NCBI RefSeq assembly: GCF_030684315.1
Contig: NC_081363.1
Location: forward strand, 40,455,254-40,519,253
Source: Stegostoma tigrinum
Lineage: Eukaryota
Length of the DNA stretch: 64,000 bases
Direction: 5' to 3'
Of the stretch, positions 54,655 to 64,000 are shown piece after piece. How positions within the stretch are numbered: position 1 is the stretch's first letter; every line of letters starts with the position of its first letter. The translations under genes and the position numbers were made by a program. Under the pieces are notes generated by a model. That model did not search any database. It was not told the origin of the DNA and was given only the letters and a program-made list of their open reading frames with translations.

Positions 54655-55413
54655 GTATATGTCAACTTTCCTGTTTCTAGTAAATGTGAAGCAACTCTAG
54701 GGTGACTGTCGATGTTATTTGAAACTTATTACCCTCTCGGGAACTGTCCTGATCTACCTAACGTAGGATATAAACATAATATTGTACTGTGCTTGATTTT
54801 TCCCCGCAAACTGCTTTAACGAAGGTTTGATTTATTAAGAGATAACTCAGCGTGGATGCTGAATATTATTGTTAGAAGTGGACAATGGAGGAAAATTTTC
54901 ATCCGTTGGCAGAATCGTTCACGTATATCAGCCATCTCAAGCTGTCATGTTAAATGCCGCAATTGTAGCCTTTGCGTTTTGGATGCAGTATCTTAAAATA
55001 TTTAGCACACGCTGGCGGAAAAACCTTCTGAGAGTTAGTGCAGTGTATTGCATGGTACACATTACAGCCACCCGTGTCATGCAGTTTGCCATAAAGAATG
55101 AATGTTTAAAGTGGTGAATGGGATGGTCAAGTGGGCTGTCTTGTCTTGGATATTGAGCTGTTTGAGTTGTAGCTGCTTTCATCCGATAGCTATTTTGAGA
55201 CTAATTGAGACTGACTGCAATCAAAGATTGATTGCTACTTTGCTATGAAGTACATACATCAAAAATTCCAGTGCTGTAGAAGTTCTTTTCAGGAAAAGCT
55301 TCATGCCTTCCCCTCATTAGACGTAATTTGTGAATCTCTTTTTCAATCAGACCTGTAAAATTGTAAAATGGCCTAGTGGTATTATTGCTGGACTGTTAAT
55401 CCAGAGACCCTAT

Positions 55414-57260
55414 CAATGTTGTGGGAGGGAAGAGAGGGGCTGAGGGCAGATGTGTGAGAGATGGGTCGAATCTGGTTGAGGGCCTTGTTGACAATGGTGT
55501 TGGGGAATCGTTGAGGAAGAAGGTGGACATTTCAGAAGCTCCCTTGTTGAAGTTGGCCCAATAGGAGCATATGCGACCGAGTTTGAGGAACTGGGAGAAT
55601 GCACTGAAATCTTTAGAGAAGGCAGAATTGCGAGGATGTATAATCCACGTAACTGTGGGAGTCGGTGGGTTTATAGTGGATATGTAGTGGTTAGTCTGTC
55701 CCCAGAAATGGAAACAGATGCTGACGAAGGGAAGAGCCAGAGATAGACCAGGTGAAAGTTAGGCCGGGGTGGAAATTAGAAGCAAAATCAAAGAATTTTT
55801 CCAATTCTTGATGAGAGATGGAATTAGTACCGATAATATCATCAATATATTGGAGAAAGAGTTGCGGGTGGGAGTGGAATAGGACTGGAACAAGAAATGT
55901 TCCATGTTCCCAACTAAGAGACAGGAGTAACTGGGCTGATGTGGATACCCATGGCCATCCCTCTGACCTGAAGCAAATGAGAGAAGTTAAAAATGAAGTT
56001 GTTGAGGGTGTGAAGGAGGGTGGGGCCAGCTCAGGCCTCCATTCAGGAAGAAGTGGAGAACCCTGAGACCATTCTGTGTGTGGGGGGGTGATGGATGTGT
56101 AAAGAGTTAAAAGGTAGTGGCTGGAGCCTGCAAACTGGAAATTCTGAAACCGGAATAGAGTGTCAGAGGAATCTCAGGCATATATGGGCAGGGACTGGAA
56201 CGGGGAGAAAAGACTGAATCATGATAGTAAGAGATGAGGTCTGTGGGACAGGAGCAGGCTGAAACGATGGGTCTGCCCAGGCAGTCCTGTTTATGGATTT
56301 TCGGAAGGAGGTAGAAGCGAGCTGTGTGGAGCTGGGGGAACTATCAGCTTCGAGGCAGTGACGGTTGAACTGAGGTCACTGACCGTGAGAGATACAATGG
56401 TCTGATGTGTCATGGTGAGGTCATGATCCAGGTACAATAGGAGGATCTATCTAAGAGCAGGCGCTCAGCCTCTGTAATATCAAGGCCAGTACGCTAGACT
56501 TCCTTATTTAACTCCACCCTCCTCGGTATCCAAGGGATCAGACATACTTTATAGGTGAAGCAACACTTTACCTGAACTTTGCACAATCTAGTCTACTACA
56601 TTCACTGCTCATGATGTGGTCTCCTGTACATTGGGGAAACAAAGCATAGACTGGGTGACCACTTCACAGAACCTGCATTCTGCTCACAAAAAAAGACTCT
56701 GCCTGCCATTTTCACACACCATTCTGTTCCCTGGCCATCATCTCTGTCTCTAGCTTGCTGCAGTTCCAGTGAAGCTCAGCGCAAGCTGGAAGAACAACGT
56801 CTCATTTCCTGCTTGGGGACCCTGCAGCCCTCCGGACTCAATATCAAGTTCAATAATTGTAGGGCCTGAACTCTTCCATGACTTAGACCCCTACTTTACA
56901 CACCAGGCCTTGTTTTCACATATTCTGCCATTACACACTATCTATTGTTAGCCAATAACCGTCTCCATTAACAGCTATTCACCCTCCCAGCCAGATCATT
57001 ATCCACTCCTTTGTCTGTCCAACTGTTCTTCTCTGTCTTTGGACACTATTCCCACCTATCGTTCACTCCCAACCCACTCATTCCACCCGATCTTCAGCAC
57101 ATAAACTGACATTTTCCTCGCCACCAACTGCTCCAAGGAAGTGTCACTGGATCCGAAACGTTAACTCTGATTTATCTTCACAGATGCTGCCAGACCTGCT
57201 GAGATTTTCCAGCAACTTCTGTTTTCGTTTCTGATTTACAGCATCCACAGATTTTTCAAG
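55414..57260. mobile_element. Degenerate Penelope-like element with 5' inversion (RT on -, GIY-YIG and pLTR on +)
   Basis: 55414-~56495 reads as PLE RT on the minus strand. ~56500-57260 reads as NLVYYIHCS..GLLYIGETKHRLGDHF plus pLTR on the plus strand. Confidence 0.78.
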
Positions 57261-57620
57261 TTTTTTCACACTGCATGTTCTCTCACATGGACAAAAAAAA
57301 TCCCCTCATACTATGTAGAATTACAAAGAAGTTATCCTTTTGTCCTGGCTAATATTTATCACCCAGTCAAAACAGAACCATAGAAATGATACAGCACAGA
57401 ATGGGACCGTTTGGCACATCTTGTTCAGTCTGTCCCAAAGATACCCAGATGATCTTTCTAATTCTTTATTCCTGACCACAGGCCGTAGCCCTGCAGCTTA
57501 CAGCATTTAAAGTGCAGATTCAGATATGTTGAAGAGTTTTCATTTTCTGCCTCCACCACTTACCCAGGCAGCGAATTCCAGACACCCCCACCATCCTCTG
57601 CATTATTAAAAAAACACTGA

Positions 57621-60145
57621 AAGAAATTGATAGCAGCAGGGAGATTGAAGAAAGCATAGGTCGGCAGATTTTGGAAAAGTGCGGACGTAGTAGGGTTGTT
57701 GTAATGGGTGACTTTAACTTTCCCAATATTGATTGGAACCTCCTTCGAGCAGAAGATTTGAATGGAGCTGTTTTTGTAAGGTGTGTTCAGGAGGGTTTCC
57801 TAACTCAGTACGTTGACAGGCCGACGAGGGGAGAGGCCATTCTAGACTTGGTGCTCGGAAACGAGCCGGGGCAGGTATCAGATCTTGTGGTGGGAGAGCA
57901 TTTTGGTGATAGTGACCATAACTGCCTCACATTCTACATAGCTATGGAGAAGGAGAGGATTAGGCAAAATGGGAGGATATTTAATTGGGGAAGAGGAAAC
58001 TATGATGCGATTAGACATGAGTTAGGAAGCATGGACTGGGAGCAATTGTTCCATGGTAAAGGCACTATAGACATGTGGAGACTGTATAAGGAACAGTTGT
58101 TGCGAGTGATGAATAAATATGTACCTCTGAGACAGGCAGGAAGGGGTAAGATAAAGGAACCTTGGATGACGAGAGCGGTGGAGCTTCTCATCAAAAGGAA
58201 GAAGGTAGCTTACATAAGGTGGAGGAAGCTAGGGTCAAGCTCAGCTCTAGAGGATTACAGGCAGGCGACGAAAGATCTCAAAAATGGTCTGAGGAGAGCC
58301 AGGAGGGGGCACGAGAAAGGCTTGGCAGAACGGTTTAGGGAGAACACAAAGGCATTTTACACTTATGTGAGGAATAAGAGAATGGTCAAAGAAAGAGTAG
58401 GGCCGATCAGGGATAGCATAGGGAACTTGTGTGTGGAGTCTGAGGAGATAGGGGAAGCCCTAAATGAGTTTTTTGCTCAGGTCTTTATGAAAGAAATGAA
58501 CTTTGTAGTGAATGAAACCTTTGAAGAGCAGGTGTGCATGCTGAAATAGATAGAGATAGAGGAAGCTGATGTGCTGAAAATTTTGTCAAACATTAAGATT
58601 GACAAGTCGCCAGGCCCAGACCAGATTTGTCCTCGGCTACGTTGGGAAACGAGAAATGCAATTGCTTCGCCACTTGCGAAGATCTTTGCATCCTCGCTGT
58701 CCACTGGAGTCGTACCTGAGGACTGGAGAGAGGCAAATGTAATTCCTGTCTTCAAGAAAGGAAATAGGGAAATCCCCGGCAATTACAGACCAGTAAGTCT
58801 CACGTCTGTCGTCTGCAAGGTGTTAGAAAGGATTCTGAGGGATAGGATTTATGACCATCTGGAAGAGCATGGCTTGATTAAATGCAGTCAACACGGCTTT
58901 GTGAGGGGCAGGTCATGCCTCACAAACCTTATTGAGTTCTTTGAGGATGTGACTAGAAACGTTGATGAGGGTCGAACTGTGGATGTGGTGTATATGGACT
59001 TCAGCAAGGCATTTGATAAGGTTCCCCATGGTAGGCTCATTGAGAAGGTCAGGAGGAATGGGGTACAGGGGAACTTAGCTGTCTGAATACAGAATTGGCT
59101 GGCCAACAGAAGACAGCGAGTGGTAGTAGAAGGAAAATATTCTGCCTGGAAATCAGTGGTGAGTGGTGTTCCACAGGGCTCTGTCCTTGGGCCTCTACTG
59201 TTTGTAATTTTTATTAATGACTTGGATGAGGGGATTGAAGGATGGGTCAGCAAGTTTGCAGATGACACGAAGGTTGGAGGTGTCGTTGACAGTATAGAGG
59301 GCTGTTGTAGGCTGCAGCAGGACATTGACAGGATGCAGAGATGGGCTGAGAGGTGGCAGATGGAGTTCAACCTGGATAAATGCGAGGTGTTGCATTTTGG
59401 AAGGTCAAATTTGAAAGCTGAGTACAGGATTAAGGATAGGATTCTTGGCAGTGTGGAGGAACAGAGGGATCTTGGTGTGCAGATACATAGATCCCTTAAA
59501 ATGGCCACCCAAGTGGACAGGGTTGTTAAGAAAGCATATGGTGTTTTGGCTTTCATTAGCAAGGGGATTGAGTTTAAGAGTCATGAGATCTTGTTGCAGC
59601 TCTATAAAACTTTGGTTAGACCGCACTTGGAATACTGCGTCCAGTTCTGGTCGCCCTATTATAGGAAAGATGTGGATGCTTTGGAGAGGGTTCAGAGGAG
59701 GTTTACTGAATGCTGCCTGGACTGGAGGGCTTATCTTATGAAGAGAGGTTGACTGAGCTCGGACTCTTTTCATTGGAGAAAAGGAGGAGGAGAGGGGACC
59801 TAATTGAGGTATACAAGATAATGAGAGGCATAGATAGAGTTGATAGCCAGAGACTATTTCCCAGGGCAGAAAAGGCTAACATGAGGGGTCATAGTTTTAA
59901 GCTGGTTGGAGGAAAGTATAGAGGGGATGTCAGAGGCGGGTTCTTTACACAGAGAGTTGTGAGAGCATGGAATGCGTTGCCAGCAGCAGTTGTGGAAGCA
60001 AGGTCATTGGGGACATTTAAGATACTGCTGGACATGCATATGGTCACAGAAATTTGAGGGTGCATACATGAGGATCAATGGTCAGCACAACATTGTGGGC
60101 TGAAGGGCCTGTTCTGTGCTGTACTGTTCTATGTTCTATGTTCTA
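57621..60145 (+). mobile_element. Young 5'-truncated CR1-clade LINE (end of APE domain, RT, 3' UTR) in COA8 intron 1
   Basis: VVMGDFNFPNIDW, DSDHN, NYRPVSLTS, GVPQGSVLGP and KFADD motifs. Two in-frame stops (58547-58549, 59084-59086) and a frameshift near 59707. (TTCTATG)n tail. Confidence 0.95.
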
Positions 60146-61129
60146 TATTCACATTTCCTGTTGTGAGAGCTTCATGTGGTTGCTGCATTTCCTATATTAC
60201 ACCAGCATCAATGATTGTTTAATCACTTGGGACTTCTGTCGGCAACTATCTATAAAACCTGTACTGTTAGGCATATGTATCAAAACTACACTGCTGTAGT
60301 AATTCTTTGCAGGAAAAACATTTGTGATTCTTTCTGGCACAACTGCAAACCATTTCTTCCAGTGATAACACAGTCTGTGTATCTGTATTTCATAATGTCT
60401 GTAAAGCTCTTTGGAATATCTTAATTAATGCAAGTCTTTCTGAGGAGATTATTGAGGGGAAGCTTGGATGCGTTATTGGCCTTTTGATGTCCACTTGATC
60501 TGCTAGAATATTTCCTACTAAAAACAATGTTTAATATTTCTCTTTAGACCATTGGAATTGTGTTTGTCAGAAGGGAAGAAATGGAAATATATTAGTATCT
60601 AATTAAACTTATTCATTTGGCTGTTTTTAATTACAGAACTTTGAAAGACTTGTGCACTGACAGACCACATGAATTCATTGGTACAATATATGCCAAGTAT
60701 AAATTTGCTCAATGTGCCATCTATCTGTTGTTTCAAGATACCCAATCCATGCGTACAATGTTTCATTTGAACAAAATACATATTTGCATTTTGAGTTATT
60801 CATACTACCTCTGGCCTGTTCTTTTTCAATCACACTAATTTGAATTTGAGATAGTAAAATGAATAAGTTAGTGATATGTGATTTCATTAATTAACTTCTG
60901 TATTTAACAAAGTCATTTTTGTTTTCACTACTGGAAGAGAAGCTTCATTGAACAGCACTGCAGTAATTTAAATTATATAATAGCACTTCACAGATCACCA
61001 GTCAAAATGTTGGTTTTTTTCTGAGTGGAAGAACAATTTTGTTCAATTCATTGAAGCTTTAGTTAAATTGTTCGCATGCAGACTTGTGATTGTATTGTCT
61101 TAGTATTGTTACTCAGCAGAGCTGCATTC

Positions 61130-62520
61130 ACAAATCAAGAAACGGCAAAGTCACTGAATACTGCGAATGATATGGGTCCTGACAACATTCCAACAATAGT
61201 ACTGAAGATCTGTGTTCCAGAATTAGCTGTAGTCCTCTACAAAGCTGTTCCGCTATAGTTACAACACTGGCATCCACCTAACAATGTGGGATATTGCCCA
61301 GGTATCCCCTGACTCCAACAACTGGGATAAATCCAACAAAGTCAACTACCACCCCTTCTGTCTATTTTTGACCATCCACAAGCTGATGGAATTATGCTAG
61401 TAATATGGCCCTCGATCAGTAACACCTGCTGTCGGATGCTTGGGGCTGCTCATTTTCTGACTTTATTCCAGCCTTGTTCCAAACATTGACAACTCCAGAT
61501 TTGAGGAGAGAGTGAATGCCCTTGACATTTTATAAGTCAAAAGAGCTGTTTTTGACTGAGTATGACGCCAAGGAACCCTACCAAAACTGAAGCCAGTCAG
61601 AATCGGGGTTGGGGGGGTGCAGGAGGGAATGGCGGGGACAAAGCATTCAATTGGTTGAATTATACCTAGCTCAAAGCAAATTGGTTGAGATTGTAGGAGG
61701 TCATTCATCTCAGTCCCAGGACATCAGGCATTTCTCGGGTCATGTCCTAGGGCGCAGCCATCTTCAGATGCTTCATCAATCAATATGGTCAGAAATTGGG
61801 ATGTTCATTGCACACTTCTTAGCATAATTCACAACTCCTCGGAGAGTGAAGCAATCTGTGTGAATATGCAGTAAGACCTGAACAACATCCAGTGTTGGAC
61901 TGATAATTAGCAAGTAACTTTTTTGCATCACAGGTAAAAGGCAATTACCATCTCCAACAAGAGAGACTTGAATCATGATCCCTTACATTCATGGACATAA
62001 TCATTGCTGAGTTCACTGCTATCAGCATTCTGTAGGTTAACATTGATCAAAAACTGAACTAGATCAGCGATGTAAATACTGCAGCTGCAATGGGCCAGAG
62101 GCATGGACATCTGCAGCAAATACCTCCCCTCCTGTCTCCCCAGATCGTGTTGGTCATCTATAATATGTAAGTCAGGAGTGGGATGGAATACTCTCCATTT
62201 GCCTGGATGGTTTCAACTTCAATATCATTCCACAAAATCAACATGAGGACAAAGCAGCCACTAGACTGTCATCTCATACAGCATCCTCAATCCCTCCATT
62301 ACTGTTGCATAGAGGCACTGCAGAAACTCACTAAGTCTCCTCAAAAAGCACCTCCCAAACTCTTAGCCTTTTCCACCTTAAGACAAGGGCAGCAAATACA
62401 AAGGAATACCACATCTGCAAAAGTTCCTTTTAAGCCCCATATAATTCTGACTCAGAACTACGTTGTCTATTCTCCACTGTCACTAGTCAAATCCTGGATC
62501 TCCCTTCTAAACAGTGCAGT
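61130..62520 (+). mobile_element. Degenerate L2/CR1-group LINE RT (related fragments at ~40880-41590 + and ~45050-45750 -)
   Basis: MGPDNIPTIVLKICVPELA motif and downstream degenerate RT (VRSGMEYSPFAWM). Confidence 0.7.
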
Positions 62521-63716
62521 GGCTCATAGGCAGTTGGAGTCTAGCTGGTCCATCTCGCAATTTCAACACCTGTGGATAAAAAAAAATCTACTATTTGTAC
62601 CATTTATAAGTCAGCTATCAGCCACTTCCTTTAAAAAAAACCTCTCTTCCCTCTTCTCTTGAATTGTGTGACTGAAATGTTTTTCTGTGCATGAATGAAC
62701 ACAACTTCTGAAAGCAGAATCCCAACTCTTGTTCAGAGCATGCATGAGATTGAACCAGTTCATACTTGATCTATAATTGATCATGTCTGGCTTAACCTGA
62801 AACAATTGCAGATTAGGTAAATCATGATATTTATTATTTTAAATATATTTCATTTTTACTCAGTTTCTTTTCTATCCAACATACTAGGTTAGCTTGCTGT
62901 CACCACGTCAGACTCAATCCAAATCTACATACCAGTTCAAGTTAATACAACCTAATTTATCTCACTCAAATTTCAATATTGTATTGTTGAATCTGGCTGT
63001 TTATACAAAAACATTTTTCTTTTGTTAATTAGAAACTTTGAAAGCATTATTGGGGAGTTATTAATTGATAAAGCTATGTTTAAGCTTTTCCTGCTATGAG
63101 GGAGGATCACTGGGCTCAGAATGTTAACTCTGCATTCTCTCCAGAAATGCTGCCAGATTGGTAGAGTTTCTCCGCTAATTTCTGTTTGTGTTCAAGCATT
63201 TTCTAGTTTTGTTTAAAACAAAGAAAAAACATTAAGCAGCTGTCCATAACCTTGACCTGTCTAAACTTTGTGATCCATGGCAACTGCTACCATGCTGCCT
63301 CTGTGGGCAAAATCAATCAGTTCTTCCATAAAGTTATGCTGCGCTATCCCGAGAACCATTTTGTGTTTATTTTCAGCCTGAGCTTTTGCTGTCAAAGTTC
63401 TTGCATTCGAGAAATCTCTGATTTAAATGAAAATGTTATAGAGTTAAAATGTTAAAGACTTAACCTAAAGTGAGCAAGTGCATATCCTGCATGAAAGGAT
63501 GTATCTTAAACTCATCATATCCAATTGTACCCACATAGTCAAGTGTTTAATATAAAATGTCAAAGATCCGTTCATTTCTAGACAAACATTCATGAAATGT
63601 GTGTGTGACGACAATTGTTCGACAAATGTGGGTACACAGTCTGAACTGCTATTACTCTGAAATTTTAAGAGGAACGCTAATTATTTATTATCTAAACTGA
63701 AATAAACTTTTCTCAG

Positions 63717-63914
63717 ATTTCAAGTTTCCAACCTCCTGCAGAGTCGCACCATGACTGGGTTGGCCCTCCAGATAGATTTTCAAACCTAAGACCTATGAAG
63801 TATTATACGCCAAAGCTTGAATCCAAACTGGAGCAGGAGCTGAGGAAATTAAGGGTGGACACACAAGACTGGAATCAGAACTTTTGGTTGAATCAGAACA
63901 TAACTTTCAACAAG
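63717..63914 (+). CDS. COA8: COA8 coding exon 2 (gene continues beyond window)
   Basis: ttttctcAG|198 nt|GTgagt translates to [66 protein letters not shown], matching the COA8 motifs HDWIGPPD.YSNLRP and WNQ.FW.NQN.TF.K. Not present in the supplied ORF track. Confidence 0.95.
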
Positions 63915-64000
63915 GTGAGTAGTATGAGTAATTTAAGTTTATAATGACTTGAGGTATTCTGTGCTCTTAATGGCAGGAATTTCTAGGTTTATTTTAAAGC

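Noticed and set aside
58888-59773. Long antisense ORFs (224 aa, 122 aa)
   Set aside because: Shadow frames of the CR1 RT coding sequence.

Overview
Repeat-rich vertebrate genomic DNA, most likely from a shark (inferred from HE1-like tRNA-derived SINEs, CR1 LINEs and Penelope-like elements). The window holds the head-to-head BAG5 (-) / COA8 (APOPT1, +) gene pair. BAG5 has a single coding exon at 29037-30383 and a predicted non-coding exon 1 near 54.15 kb. COA8 has predicted coding exon 1 at 54484-54654 and exon 2 at 63717-63914, and continues off-window. Their shared CpG-rich promoter contains a perfect 3x79-bp tandem repeat. An intact, intronless RPS26 retrocopy sits in BAG5 intron 1 on the BAG5 strand. 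The most striking unexplained structure is a set of short fold-back (palindromic) insertions built from the hammerhead-ribozyme-bearing termini of Penelope-like elements. Most are flanked by 11-15 bp target-site duplications and folded at or near the ribozyme. One is a 1.55-kb palindrome, and in another the fold extends into host DNA. All calls are from reading the sequence by eye; no searches were run.
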